Assembly: GCA_048013815.1 (NCBI GenBank) | Contig: CM106586.1 | Coordinates: 13,330,001-13,394,000, forward strand | DNA length: 64,000 nt | Direction: 5' to 3' | DNA from: Setoptus koraiensis | Taxonomy: Eukaryota > Animalia > Arthropoda | Program-made: the position numbers and the translations under genes | Notes under the pieces: model-generated | Database searches by the model: none | Told to the model about the DNA's origin: nothing | The model's input: only the letters and a program-made list of their open reading frames with translations | Shown: positions 48,248 to 62,700 of the stretch, piece by piece | Numbering within the stretch: the first letter of the stretch is position 1 | Layout of the letters: each line of letters begins with the position of its first letter

Positions 48248-50968
48248 GAGCGAGCGATCACCAAATTGTTACATCGCAGCATACCTATTACACATTTATA
48301 CACATATATATATTATCGTGGGCCCACTTATCGCTCAATAGCCGCTCAATTCAGCTGATATTCACCCGTGAATTGGGGCACGGATGCGATTTGCTTGTAA
48401 CGACGCCATTTAGTTCATGAAATCCCTGTAGCTTGCCTTGTAGTTGAACTTATACACAACAACTTATACCTCGCCCCTAAGAGGATCAGTCTTTCAATCG
48501 ACAGCACCAACAATCACGTCTTGAGTACACCCCATCTAATCAATGGTGATCTGCCGAACTCGCAGACAACGACGCCAACAACGACAACGATACCTCGGCT
48601 CACTGAAATGGGCCCAATGAGTGACCCAACGAGGCTCGAGACAGTGTGAGTGAATTATATCCCGACTGTAGTGCGCAATTACTTACTGCCGGCCGCCAAG
48701 CTGGCCTCATAAACACTTGCTGTGCGCCAAGTTAGAATTATAAAGCCAAAACAAAGGCAAACAGAAGCTGCTAGCGAAGCCAGTATACAGGTGAAAGAAG
48801 CTGCCAGCCAAAGAAGCAAAAGAACATCACACACACACACGCTAAAGGTAATATTGTCAAACAATACACTTATATATAGATATATATCAATCAGGTGAAG
48901 CAATTGATGATTGAAGCAAGCCTACAAGCCATCGCTAGTAAATTACTGGCGCTACTAATTTTGTATTTGCTACCGTTCTCGTCTGCTGGCCACTTGTACG
49001 CATTGTGTAACCTGTAACCTGTAACGTATTGCATCAAACAACAACTTCTAATGGCCAGGTAAAAGGTAAGTAGTGCGTTTGTGTGTTCAATTTGTCTTGG
49101 ATTTGTACCTATTTGCACCTATTTGTTGTTCTATTGCTTTTTGGGCCTCTTCTGGGCGCCTGTTTATCTATGCCGAGGCCCTTTTTGCCCCTTTTGCCCC
49201 TCTTGCCCCTTTTGCCGGGCCATGGCTGCTTGTTGTGCGCTGCTGCTGTTACGTAATAGATGAACGCTACGTTGCTCGGTTATTGTATTGGCCTCTCTAC
49301 TGCGTGCGTGTGTGTCACTCAATGATGAGCGTCGCAAATGACTGTCGTACACCAATATCAGCAGCTAGCCAGTAACAGCAACAACGACAACAGCAACAAC
49401 AACAGCAACAGCAACAACAACAGCAACAGCAACAACAACAACAGTCACTGGAGCGATACGTAAATACGTGGCGACGCGCAGATAAAAGCGCGAGTAGAGG
49501 CCGGCCGAAAAACAAAGAAACAGATGAGAAATTGGGCCACCAGCTAGTGTCTGCTACCTGTCCGTTGCTTGCCATAAGTAGTGTTACGTAACGCACGCTG
49601 CCAGCGCAATAGACTGACACAGGGACAAGACAGCAGCGCGCGCCAAGGTAATGCACTGATTACAATTGATCAATCCTCTCTATCTCGCTGGCCGGCTTGA
49701 CAGACGGCCCCCTGGCCGAGACAGGTCGCTCGTGAGCTGATGCCACTAACTAAACAGCAGCTAACCGGCGTATAAGCAGCCTCACCTCTAGGCTGGCCCC
49801 ACATTTAGGTTGGCCCCACATTTAGGCCGGCCCCACATTTAGGCCGGCCTTACCTTTAGGGCTTGGGCCTCACCAGCGACTGGGTGCGCGGGCCAGCCAA
49901 CGTGAGGCCGGCCCAGAGCAGAGGCCGGCCTAAAGCAGCTGAGCAGCGAGCCACAGAACCAAACAAAGCCACTGTTTATATGGATTTATACACAGATTGT
50001 GGCCCATCAGCCAGGCCCTGCTGGCATCCGGTATCGGATACATGCCCTAAACTCCCCAGGGCTGCACCAGCGAGCGAGTGTGTGTGTGTGTTAAACAAAT
50101 AGGAGCCCCAGCAGCCAATCTGTCTCGACGGTTGGGGCCCAATAATAACGCACTGTGGGCTGCAAGCTGTCCAAATAGCGCTGGCCGCCAGCCAGCTAGC
50201 CAGCCAGCCGAAAGTGTAAATGTATTGCGCAACTGCGACTGTGTGTGTGTGTATTCACCTGCTGCAAACAGAGTTGGATTTTTTCGCCCTTGTCGCCGGT
50301 GTTGCCGTTAAATGGATTGGAGCCAGCTAGCTTGGCGCGATGCGAGCGGCCCCAATGCCCGAGAAACAGAGGCCAGCGCAGAGGGAGCGCGAGGGAGCGA
50401 GGGGAGCGAAGCCAGGGAGCGGGGTTTTGTAAGAGCGAGCTGAACAAACAACAGCGTGTGTTCGTTAGTTATTGTTGTTGCTGCTGTTATTACGTCACAC
50501 AGTGGTGGTATTATTATGCGATTCGGCCACTTTGCCGGCCAACCGACCGGCTCACTGGCTGGCCTCTGTTTCTGCTGGCCGGCTGGCCGCTCGCCCGCCG
50601 CTCAGCAGCGGGCCCCAGCGACCAGCTTGGCCACTTGGCTGGCCGTGCCTTTTTTGCCACTGGCCACCGGCTCTCGCCGTGTGACCTGCTTGTGTGTTTA
50701 TATAGAGAACGGGCTGACCGCATTCACCTGGCCGATACAAACACAGGCACGGGTAATGGCGCTGATGACGAGGCCGCTGTTCCGGTGCGCGCTTTATGAG
50801 TTTTTGTCTTGTCGCGCCCTCTCTGGCTCGCTCACTGTTTCGCTCTTTTGTTTGTTTGGGCAGTGTCAGCAGCCACTTGCCCTGTTGTGTTTGTCGCCGG
50901 TGTTTGCAGCGCCGGTGTCTCTATGCGCCCTCTAGGTCGCAACGCCGCTACGTCACTACGTCACTATA

Positions 50969-51100
50969 TCGCAGCGTCGCTATATCGCAACGTCGCTATG
51001 TCGCAACGTCGCTATGTCGCAACGTCGCTATATCGCAACGTCGCTATGTCGCAACGTCGCTATATCGCAACGTCGCTATGTCGCAACGTCGCTATATCGC
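50969..51100. repeat. Tandem 16-mer (TCGCAACGTCGCTAT(G/A)) x 8
   Basis: Read directly from the sequence. Confidence 0.9.
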
Positions 51101-54100
51101 TGCGGCGCTGTATGTGCCGCTGCGATACAGTGATATATGTATACAGCGATATATCGCTGACGGCCACCGCTCGCATATTATGGGCCCCATACACCGCTGG
51201 CCGCAGCACAAGGTACAAGCCAGTGGAGTATCGAGTGGGGCCAGAAGTGGCCGCTGTCGCGTTGTTATTGTAATAATATTATTTATATATTAATATATTT
51301 ATATATATAAAGAGGTCAGAATGTCACCGCTGGGCGCTGCTGCTGCAGCCGCCGGCCCCATTGGCAGCACTGCGTCGCCACCGGGCTAAGTGTTGCGCCA
51401 ACACCGGCCCCCTCAATTACCGTTAAATTTTCACCCCTTTGGCCTGTCCGTGGGCGAGCCAGCCGATGACCAATTCGCGCGGGCCAAGCTCGCCACCAGC
51501 GACTAACGAGTGTGCGTGTGTGTTGCGTAATATCCATCCACCGTTAATATATTCAGCAAAAACAACAGCATCTCTCGCTGGCTGGCTGGCTGGCTGGAAA
51601 TCGCACTCGCATACAAATGCACATCCGTCATGCATGCCCGATGTCATCAGTATCTAGAGATATCGTGGCGATGATCAGTTAAACGGTTGCAAACGAAACA
51701 ACCGCTACGCAGGCAAGATTGCACCGTTTAACGTTTGATATATTTACTTGATACGCGAGAGCAAAACACCAACCAACAGCCAGCTAAGTGACGCCGTATA
51801 ACGCAGCCAACTGGGCCCCTTTTTTCGCCCTTCAGCCTGCTCAAAATTACCACTGGCGGCCCCATTTCAGCCAAATGCACAAATGCGTTACCTGGTGGTT
51901 GCGTTAACAATCTGCGGCGTTAATAATGTGACTAATTGGCCACTGCTGCCTCAACACAATCCACTCGGCCGCTAGAGGGCCCCGTCGACAAGCAATAATT
52001 ACTGCTGCTGCTGCTGCATACGCGACCACACCGAGCGGCCGCTGGATAGCGGTTTCGCCGAGCGGTTGCCCGTGCCGGTGCCGGCCGGCACAGGTAACCG
52101 GTCAGCCGGCCGTCACAGGTAACCGGTCAGCCGGCCGGCCGGCCGGTCAGTGTGCGTGTGTGTGCAAGGTGCGCAAACGCAATCAATCTTTGGCCCGTAT
52201 CGCAAAACGGACACAGTGGCGCACAGTGGTTTTGTCGTTTGCTGGTGTGTCAATATTTACCTTTTCACATAAACAAATATACGCCACTTAAAGCGACCAG
52301 TTGGGCTCAAACAAGTCAACTTAACTGGCCAAATGGCTTAAATTGAATAGGCCCGACTGATTAGATTAGATGAAGTGCTAAACGGGTCGGCGCAGCGCGG
52401 CCACAGCTTTCGCTCGGACGCTCGAGGTTTGAAGTTTGACGTTTGAAGGCAACAGCATCGACTGATTAGCGATGAATATTGTCGTCGCGGCCTGTTGTTG
52501 CCAACATTGACGGTGGTGGGCACATGACAGCTGATTGTGACAGTTGCCGGACAGCATGTTAGACGGACGGCGCCAGACAAGTGACAGCAGTGACAGTTGA
52601 GTGTTGAGTCGATCAATACTCGCTCGCCTCAATTGATAGAGTCGTTTGATTTGCGACAGACTCATCACTTGTTCACACGCACACGCAGCCAGACTTGGCC
52701 AGCTAAATGAAGTCATTAGGACATGTCGTGATGCAATCACGCGGTCACACAAAATCGTTTGTGCATCACCTTGCGGGGGTGTCGCTGCCGTCGTTACCTG
52801 TGCGTGTGTGTGTGTGTGTGTGTTGCGTTTATTAGCGACCGTTAACATTGATGTTACGTAATTGTATTGTATGCTGGTGGCAGAGTCATTAAGTCGCCTT
52901 GTCGCATTCATCTTGCGCAGCGGGTCGCTCGGTTGTTGCCGGCCAAACATTCATTACGTAACGAATGTGCTCATGAGTGTGTGTGTGTAACAACAACAAC
53001 AACAACAACAAACTTTGTAATGGGGCGCACACTAATCGTTGTGTGTGTGTTGCAGTGTGTTATGATTGACCGCGGCTAGGTGTTGGTTGCACAACTTGCA
53101 ACTATTACGCAACTATTACCAACAAACACTATATGCCAGTTGCCAGTTATAATGTAATGTTGCGTAATAGTGTCAGCGTGGCCAGGCCGTTGTTGCGTCA
53201 AGTGGCAATTATTGCGCAACTAAAGCAGCCGCATTGTGTTGCCGCCAGTGGTTGTTGTGGCTTGCGGCAGCGCGTCAAGTGGCGCTAAGAGACCAATAAA
53301 CTGGCCCACTAACGGCCAGCCCAGCCCAGCCCAGCCCAGCCTGTTCAGCCGGCCAACAAGTCCGTCTAGCGGTCAGCCAACAAGTCAGCCCAAGCGGCCA
53401 ACTGGCCAGTCAGACACAATGCCTAACGGAGCACGTGCCAGCTAACCGTTAGTTCGGGTTGTGTCACATTGACAGCGTAACGGTGCCCATAGATGATAGC
53501 CGCATTGTGAGCGAGTGTGTCCATGTCAATTAGCATATTCATTTGCCATGCGAGACAGGCCGGCCCAGCCACCGGCGCCGCCCTGACTCACATACGTAAT
53601 CGGGGACACCCTGGCGGACAACACCGGCGGCTAGTTGTGTGCGTCCAAAAGGGCGCCATTGTTACGCTGATGCAAAGGAATTGCAAAGCAAGTGCAAGCC
53701 GGCGCAAACAGTTGCAAGCAACCCTATGTCTGTATCATAACTGTGCCCACTAACAAGCTGTCAATGGGGGGGGGGGACGATTTTCGACGATAGGCTGTCG
53801 ACGATGTAGCAAGCGCCTGTCGTGCAGCGACACTGACAACTAGGTTACCTTGTGAGCAGCCCTGTGCCAATGTCACAAGTCAATAGGCGCTAGAGTCGCC
53901 AAAGTCGCTAGGTGCACTAGTTGCGCGGCACAGCCAAGTTGTGCGCCCGAAATTGTGGCACAGATGTATAAATGTAAAGTGGCGCTGGCAATACAGTAGT
54001 AATTACAATAATTGCAATAATTGATAGAGCGGCCACCGACAACCAACCGCATACATACGGACGGATAATGTACGGACATGGACGGTTATATACGGATGTG

Positions 54101-54372
54101 TGAGCGGATATACCGGTCCGCGGCGGCTCATCCGCATATATCCGCACATATCCGCACATGTCCGCACATGTGCGCATATATCCGCATATATTGGTATGCT
54201 AATGGTGCCCGCTATGATTGTTATTATGCGGCTGTAGAGGTGTGTGTGCGGTCCGTAAAATAATTGAGCGAATAAACATACCATAATAAACGTCTAATAA
54301 TAAAGCATCGCGGCGCCGAATAAGCCGAATAGGCGGCTTGTGATCGGAATTTGCCTGGATCAATTGGCTGGC

Positions 54373-54406
54373 GAGCCAATCGAGTCGAGGCCGGCTCGAT
54401 TGGCTC
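54373..54406. repeat. 12-bp-stem hairpin with inverted CCAAT boxes
   Basis: GAGCCAATCGAG-(10 nt)-CTCGATTGGCTC. Confidence 0.9.
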
Positions 54407-55507
54407 ACAGGCTGGCGCGCCCGCGCTCAAAACTTTATTGAGTTGATAATTAGGCCAGCTCAATGGGCCATTCCACTCCAATCCACTCGAGACAAATCTA
54501 CGCTTCGCTTGTGCCCCAATCTTTTGCCTCAAAAAGAGATTGGCGACTCGCGCGCCGAGCGGCGCACCCGCCAGAGGGCCGCCACTTAATTGCCGCTCGG
54601 CGCCCATTGTTTGCACACCAGCCAGTGGGCCAGTGAGCCAGCCAGCGGGCCAGCGAGCCAGCGAGCCAGCGGGCCAGCGGGCCAGTGAGCCAGTGAGCCA
54701 GTGGGGCCCGTCATCGGCTTGACTCCGCGCGCGAAACGCTCGACGGGACATTGTTTATCGGGCGGCTGGCAGTTTGTTTATTAGTTGTTTGCTTTTGAGC
54801 ATTTGCCAGCGGTTGCAGCCGATTTAATTTTGCGATTGTGAGCCGCCGATTCTTTAATAGTTTTTCTGCACAGCCAGCCCAACTGTGCACAATTGAGCAA
54901 TTGTTGGCCTGGCCTGCGGGTGCCCGGTCGCTCTCGTGCGCCGGCCCGCAGCGGCCCAAGCGAGCGCGCTAAATACCATGGCGCGACAAGGGCACTCTCA
55001 AAACCAATAAATAACTTATTGCTCTATTTGTGTACCGCGGACCCGCGGTCTGGCGGCCAAAAAGGGCGACGCAACCGGCGCTGCCCAAAGCGACACTCGT
55101 CTGTCTGTGCGGGCCATTTTCTTGGCCGCCATTCGATGCGCCAGTCGATGCTCGCCCGTTCGCTTGGGGCCCGGCGCCGTGCTGAGCGAGCCGATAATTA
55201 TCAGGTAATTATTGCGGCAAAATGCATGGGCAATCGTTTGTTTATCGGCTCGCCTCTACAACATTATTGTGGCGCCGTAGCTCGTGCCGATGCATTGCAT
55301 GTATGGCATATGTGGCATGTATAATGCGCATCGGTATGAGTGGTCGATCGATCGCTCCTAGCGACTGGCGCCCTCTATGCTATATCCATCCAAGACGCCC
55401 CCACTAGCTCATAAAACAATTGATATTTATGCACTGCGCCACCGGTGGCGTGTGAGTGTGTGTGTGTGTGTTTATAAATTGTAACGGGATAGCAGCCCAG
55501 CCCCGTT

Positions 55508-55540
55508 TAGTTGCAGGTTACGTAATATAACCTGCAACTA
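55508..55540. repeat. 13-bp-stem hairpin overlapping a TTACGTAA site
   Basis: TAGTTGCAGGTTA-CGTAATA-TAACCTGCAACTA. Confidence 0.9.
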
Positions 55541-58218
55541 TACAATGCATGTTATATAATATGTTTTGTTAGTCTGTACCGGTATAGGTTTAAACAGGTT
55601 GCACGCGCACACTTTTTAATCATTTGAGCGCTGTCACGTTACGAGCAGCGGCCCGTTACGTAAGGCCGGCAAGTTAATCATCAATCATTGGATATTCCCG
55701 TTGCGCGTTTTAGTTTTGTTGCTAGTTTTTGTTTGTTTCTCCTCTGGCGCGTTCCGTTCGTTGCACATTCTGGGCATCTGTCTAACGCATGAGCACTGCA
55801 CTGATTTCATCGAGCGCCATGATTTATATATATGTAAATATATATATATATATCGTGTATCCGACTGATATTGTGAGAGGCCAGGGCGCCGAGCTACTGC
55901 CTTTGTTGCTCATTGGACCATGTTCGTGTGTCCCGAGAGCGTGCCACAATACCGAACAATTGTCAACCATGTGCATCGTGTGTGCACGGCACAGCACAGC
56001 ACGGTCGGGTCGATTATCAAGAGTTTATCTAGATACACTCTTGATACATACAATATCTTGATGTATACGAATATCTGGGCCTCGGGTAACCAGCGACCGG
56101 TCGGCACAGTGCGGCACGACGCGGCGCACTGCGGCACAGTTGTGGGCACAGTGGGCACAGTGGGCACAGCGGGCACTGTGAGGCGCAGTCGCTGGTGTCG
56201 GAGGTGCGGGGCCTCACTTTTGGCGGCGGCGCTGGCTGGCGGTAGCAAAGTGACGTAGTTATGAAGAGTGATTAGTAAACATCGGCCGGCCGGGAGCGGC
56301 GCAGCGTTATTAGCGGGCGAGCAGGGCGACGCGGAGGCACATAGAGAGGGGGATAATAAGTAATGTGCCGTGATTAATTCTTTTCATCGCATAATGGGAC
56401 ACAATGCAGACAGGCGGACAAATAGACGGCCAGACAGACAATCGGTGGAGCAGAGTGAGGGCGCCAGCGACAAGCCAGCAATTGTTATGTAACATGTATG
56501 TGTATAAATATAAATGCTGGCGCATTAGGCGCGCACCGTTGCCGTATTTGCATTGGCCGGCCGGCCGGCTGGCCAGCGCGCAATTACCAGCGCCCGCTGG
56601 CTGATTATTGGCCCCACAAAGCAACTTTTGGCGCTACTCTGGCGCTACTCTGGCAAGCCTGCGCGGCCGCCGGATGTGCAACAAAAAAGCGAGTGTTAAT
56701 CCAAATCACGTGCACTATATTCATTTATGCTCGTGCAAGTGTGTGTGTGTGCGTGTGTGTGTGCGCGTGCACCTGTGGAAACAGAGACGATATTTATACA
56801 GCTCGCGAACGCGCATATAGCACCGCAATGCAAACGGATAAACGCGCGAACAGCATCATATGAGCATATAAACGTATAAACGTATGAGCATAAAAGCATA
56901 CAAACGCATAAACACGGCGAGCGTGATTGTACTCTCATCAGCGACCCTCGGCGACGCATCCGTGGGGCCCCAACGCGCCCCCCGAAGACGATGCCGGCGC
57001 GATACCGCTTGCCGCTTGGCTGCTTGCGCGGCTGCCCGTCGGCTACACAAGCGCCCGCCGCTAATGAATATATAGCTTATCTGCTAATCTGGCCGGCCCG
57101 CGTCGCTGTGCGCGGCCCCGTGCGACAATCCCGCCCGCACTTTATTCCGGCCCCCTTTGCCCGCGCGCCCGGTCCTCTCACCGCCGGCTGTCCGGCTGTC
57201 CCGCTGTCTGACAGTGCGACAGTGCGACAGTGCGACAGTGCGACAGTGCGACAATACGACAGTCCGACGATACGACAGTCCGACGGTGCGGCACACACAC
57301 ACGCCCGCGCAAACAGACCGGCGGGCAGTCTGATTGGCGGCCGGTCCGGCTGTCCGGCTGTCCGGCGGTCCGATTTTAGGCTGTCGGGCCGGCCGGCCCT
57401 CTGGCCAAACCGCCTAACCAGCAAGTAATTAGCTGCGCAATTATTAGGTCACACTCCAACGGGCTACCTGGCCTTGCTCCGGTCACCGCAGTCCGGTGGC
57501 GGCGCTGCGGCCGGCGAGCGGGCGCACGTTCTGTGCCGCCGCGTACCCGGCGCCAAATATCCCCTGACAAGTCGGTGTGAGCGGCATAAGCTCAGAAGCC
57601 GGCCAAGAAGTGGAGCAGGCAGCCTTTACATTAAATAGATTTGGGCCGCCTGCAGCGCCGAAGGCCGATGGGGCTAATTATTACATTGCGTGCAGGTTTT
57701 AGCTCAATCAACGAAAAGAAGCAAGAGGCCAAAAAGGACGAGACTGGGCGCACTCATCGGTGAACTGTGAGGCCGCACAATAAAACGCTACAGTGGGTTG
57801 GGCGCCCAGCGCGATTCGGGCGCACCTAGCGGATAATTGAGAAGGGCCGGGCATTCGTAATGAATGTATCACATGTATAAACAAACAGGCCCAAGCACAC
57901 TTGTTAATGATTCGGCTCGCTCGGGCCGCGCTGCAATTGTGGGCCGGATCGCGCTGCAATTTTGTCGCAATCGCCGACGGTTGTGGCGCGCGCGTGAACA
58001 GCGCCAAATTGTCGCCGCGAACAGCGCCAAATTGTCACCACGAGCAGCGACAAATTGCCAGCACGCGCAACGGCGACTAGTCACCACGAGCAGCTGACTG
58101 TGAACAGCACGACGACGACAAATGTCACTGCAAAAACGTCTCGGAGACGCCCGGCGAGCAGGCGCTTGGTGCGGGGGCCGGCGTACAGCGATTGTCGCCG
58201 GCGGTGCACTTGCCACAC

Positions 58219-58278
58219 ATCCAGTGGCATATCCAGTGGCATATCCAGTGGCATATCCAGTGGCGTATCCAGTGGCAT
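58219..58278. repeat. Tandem 12-mer (ATCCAGTGGCAT) x 5
   Basis: Read directly from the sequence. Confidence 0.9.
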
Positions 58279-59560
58279 CGGGGCGCGGGCCGGATTGGGG
58301 CGCGCTGCTTGCTGGAGCGGAAAATAAGTATAAGCAAGCCGGCGGGCGCCGGCGCCCGGCGAACAAAATTGGATTAGATTAGAGCAGGCAATTTGCTGCT
58401 GTAATAATAATTATCTGTGTGTCTTATCCAATATCAAAATTGATATATATGTAATTGACATATCGAGCGGGCGCATTTGAAAATTCATTTGTTTGGACTG
58501 TTTGGCTGGCTGGCGCTCGCTGTAATTCAGTCAGTTGGCAGCCAGTTTGTTGGCGGCAGTCAATTTGGCTGCTGCGTCTGACATTGCCGGCGCGAGTGAG
58601 ATATGACGATGACTAGCAATGGCATCGCAATTATCCGTTCGCCAGTCGTTTGTTGCCACTGGCTGACAGTGCAAACAAATGACGACCGCTGCCAGGATAA
58701 TCCATTTACTTTGTGCCCGGCCGGTTTTATCTTACTTGGCGCTTGTTGGGGCCGGGCGCGCGTGTAAGCCGTTTGTAGTTGGCCATTGGCGGCGGCGGCG
58801 GCGGGGGCCACGGCCACGGCGGCAGCGGCGATCATCGATGCGAGCCGGACGCCGCGCGACGGGCGACGGATATAAATTGATTGGACACACACATTGATGA
58901 TAGATAGTGGCACGAGTGGAAGCCATTTATCGGTCCCAGTGAATTCATTAACTAAATTACTGCCGCCACCAAGCGGCGCCGGCCACCAGCTCGCAACGCC
59001 AACTGTGGTACCACGACATACACGACATGAGCCTTTTAACATGAGCCGGCCGGCACGAGATATTTAACATTATTATTATCATCATCATTATTGCTGCTGC
59101 TGCTGCCGCTGCTCGCTCGCTGTTACTATTATGTAGATTTATATCGGCAATAAATAAGACAATACTGCAAGATAATAGTTGGCGCCCCTGTTTATATAAC
59201 AAATGTGATTTGTGATGTTGCGTAATGCGCTCGCCGGCCCGGCGGCGGCTTGATTCGGCGGACCCGAGTCAAGTGCTCTCTCGATCCAGTGGCCACTGGC
59301 GAGCAATTTGATGTGATAATGTAATATGTGTGCTCTTTGGCCATATCCGCGTCTCGATATAACGCTGGTGCCCTGCAACCGGCCCTCCGGCCGCCAACCA
59401 AAACAATAACAATAATAATATTATTAATAATGATCGAGACCAAAGCGGTGCAGCCACTTTTGGCCACACTGGCCAGCTTGCACGTTGCGGCAAGTTGACA
59501 CTCTAGCGTCCGCTTCAAGTGACCACTTTGCGCGCGCCGGGCCCGCACGCGCTTGTCGGT

Positions 59561-59678
59561 CGGGCTGGGTCGGGCTGGATCGGTTTGGGTCGGGCTGGGT
59601 CGGGCTGGATCGGGCTGGATCGGTTTGGGTCGGTCTGGATCGGGCTGGATCGGTCTGGATCGGGCTGGATCGGTCTGG
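59561..59678. repeat. Degenerate 10-mer array (GG(G/T)(C/T)TGG(G/A)TC) x ~11
   Basis: Read directly from the sequence. Confidence 0.85.
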
Positions 59679-59759
59679 CCGGGAGGGCCGGGCGGACCGA
59701 GCGGGTCCCACGAGCGCACAGCCCGACCAACGGGGCGAGTTTATAGGCACAGGCACGGG

Positions 59760-59787
59760 AGTAGCTCATGCACTCCCATGAGCTACT
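59760..59787. repeat. 11-bp-stem hairpin
   Basis: AGTAGCTCATG-CACTCC-CATGAGCTACT. Confidence 0.85.
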
Positions 59788-62700
59788 GCCGAGCTGCCCG
59801 AAGTGTAGTTGTGGCTGGCAGGACAAGGGGCGACGGGCGACGGGCGAAGGGCAAACGCGACAAGGGGCCCCCGACGAAACAACAAGCGCAAAACAAGAGA
59901 AATCAAGTTAAATCAATCCATTAGTTTTATCTAGACCAATTTATCTCGTAGTTTATGCGACTCACAGCTGCTGAAATAACTACACTTCATTTGTGCACTA
60001 CTTAGCTAACCGCACTGCCAGCTTAGTTTTGGGCCAAATATCTGCTGCAAACACTGGCACCCCTTACTACACACACACACACACACTAGTACTGGTAACA
60101 GGCGCAAGGGGGTCACCACTTGATCCGACTTAACAGGCCCAAAATAGAGTCGGGCCCCGGCTGGGAGGCGCGCCAAGTGGCAGCAAGAAGCAGTGAGTGA
60201 TGGCACAATTGTCGTTGCGTCCATCTCGGCCGCCCATCTCGTCTGGCCGAGATGGTCCGCGCGTCGGCCCGCCAGATAAGATGGCCCGTGGGCCGGCCCG
60301 CGTGCTTGTGCCCGGCCGGGCGTCTCGGCCACTGTGAGCGGCGGCGGCAGCAACGTGATGCAAACAACAACTGACATGATTTAGAGGCCAGAAATGGTGC
60401 AAATCCAACATGACACAGCGCCACTATATATACACCACATAAATTTATGGAACATTTGACCGGCGACCGGCGGCTAGGTATCCGAGGGACGCGCGGTTGC
60501 CGCAGCGGAGCAGCGAGCGAGCAAGCGAGCGAGAGTTTGGCAGACAGTCTTGGGCCATTGGCCCGGCATGAATGATGGCCGACGCCAGATAAGGGCCGAA
60601 GGGTCTGAGGGGGCGCCCCTCGCCAGACCACAACAAATTGGGGCCGGCAGCGGCGAGTTGCCACTTGCGAGCGCCAGATCAATTTTACACGGCCCGACAT
60701 GGAGGAGTCAAATGAAATCGCCACACTCTCAAGCTCACTCACGTGTCCACTGAAACAAATCTTTTCCGCCATCCGCCCCCGCAGCGGGCGCCTGCAAATA
60801 TCCGCGCACACCGACACAATGGGCGCGCACAATGGCCATAATGCGCAAACAACATTCTTTAATGGGAGCCCATAAAAGAGATAAGCAAATCTCGAGTCGG
60901 CCCGCGGATGAAATGAAATTTCCAATTGTGTTGCTGTGTCTAATGAATGGGCCAGCGTCGCCGAGTTGCGCCACAAAGTGCAAAATTGAATCCCCCAAAA
61001 TCAATGGTCGATGGCGCCCAGATTCAGCAACGGCCTCACGATGTTCCGCACGCACCATCTGGCGGCCAATGTCTGCCAGAATCCAGTGGCCTGGCCGGCG
61101 CACAATTCCGGCCAGTCGCTGGCAATAATCTGGCAAAGCAATAATCAGCGCCCCCTTCGTCCGGCGCGATATTCTTGACTCAAGAATCTTGAGGCGGCCG
61201 CTCGGCGCGCCTCGAAAACGCCGCCAATGGCGGATAATAATTTATTTCTTGCTTGGAATTTGCTCTCGCCGAGCGCGTGCCTCAGCGCTGGCCAGGCCGT
61301 TAGGCTGCTGGCTGCTTGGCCCAATTTCTCGACTTTGTTAGGTTTCACAAATTTGTCAAATTTGTCAAATTTATCAAATGAGCCGCCGCACAAGCACGCG
61401 CCAGCCAGCCAGCCAGCGCACTCATGATACTAAAAGATAATTTACTGTCATGGCGGCGCATTTAGGTTTCGCTCGCGCCAGGGGGCTCCGCTCGAGCTTG
61501 GCACATCTGGGATATTTCGCCGTCGGGATGGTTCGCCGTTCGGCTGGCTCGCCGTTGGGATATTTCGCCGTTCGGCTGGCTGGCCGTTGGGATATTTCGC
61601 CGTTGGGATGGAGTTCGCCTTTGCCCATTTCGTGCCCGTTGAAACAACAACTTCTTTCGGCTCGCCCAGTCGTCGGCTCGGCGCGCGCCTGTCAGCCTAC
61701 GCAATGGCTGGCCCGTGATGGAGCGACCAGTGACCCCACGGCGGAGCGGCCCAGACGACGACGTTGCGACGAGGGGCCGGCTCGGGGGAATTGACTTCAT
61801 TTAGGTGCGCGCGATGCGAGCCGGCCTCTGTTTGCACAACAGGCTCGTTGCTGGCGATATTTCGAGATTTCGCTCGCCGGCAACGGCCTCACGGAATCTC
61901 GGTGCGGCGCCCGTTTGTCCGGCGCAGCGCGCCCCACGAGCCGGCGGCAAACAACTCGATTTGCAGCCCGCCAGCGAACTCGATTTGCGGCCCGCCAGCG
62001 AGTCGCGCGAAACGTCTCGCGAGACTCGCCGGCGCGCTAACAAGCGGCCCGCGTCGCCGGCCGCGAATTTCGCAGCCGCAGCCGCAGTCGCACGTGAGTT
62101 TCGAAGCCGCTGCAAACTGCAACGAGGGCGCCCCAACGAGGAACCTGAATTTTTCGTTCGTTGACTTGAGTGCGGCATGCACGCGGTCCGGCCGGCACGG
62201 GTCGATCGTGCCGACAGCCCGATACCGGGCGCCCGCAACGCTTGTTCCGAATGCCCCGGGGGCGTTCTCTTCGGGCCGGAAGATCGATGGTCGTGTCAAG
62301 TGGGCCTTTTGGGTTTTGTGTTTTTTGCTCGGCGTGTCGATGTGTCGTGTCGGCTTGTCATCGTGTCGCGCCGATCAGACAAGACGAGCGCCGCCGCCGC
62401 TGCAAGCAAGCGGATAGCGGCCAGACCGGCAAAATTGGAGTAGGTTTCAGTGTCGATATTTACAAGTTGTATAACGCGAAATAGAGAGTTTATTGCGCAA
62501 AGATTTATCGCTCTCGTGCCACCGGTTGGACAGACTGTGTCACGAGCTTTGTGTCGGGTTTGCACGCGTTTGCCAGCGGGAAACCTGATCGCACGCACGC
62601 ATCATTGGCACATTTGGTGCCTGGCAGCGGTTGACCCGTGCCCAGTTGGGCCAGTCCGAGACGATTTGTCAGCCATCGAGTGGCCAGCGGGCCGGCGCGT

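Noticed and set aside
14163-59678. Tandem arrays as CRISPR-like repeats
   Set aside because: No unique spacers, no cas genes, eukaryotic context; these are head-to-tail duplications.
60113-60976. 287-aa minus-strand ORF
   Set aside because: Non-ATG start, Arg/Ala/Cys-rich GC-shadow composition and no recognisable domain.
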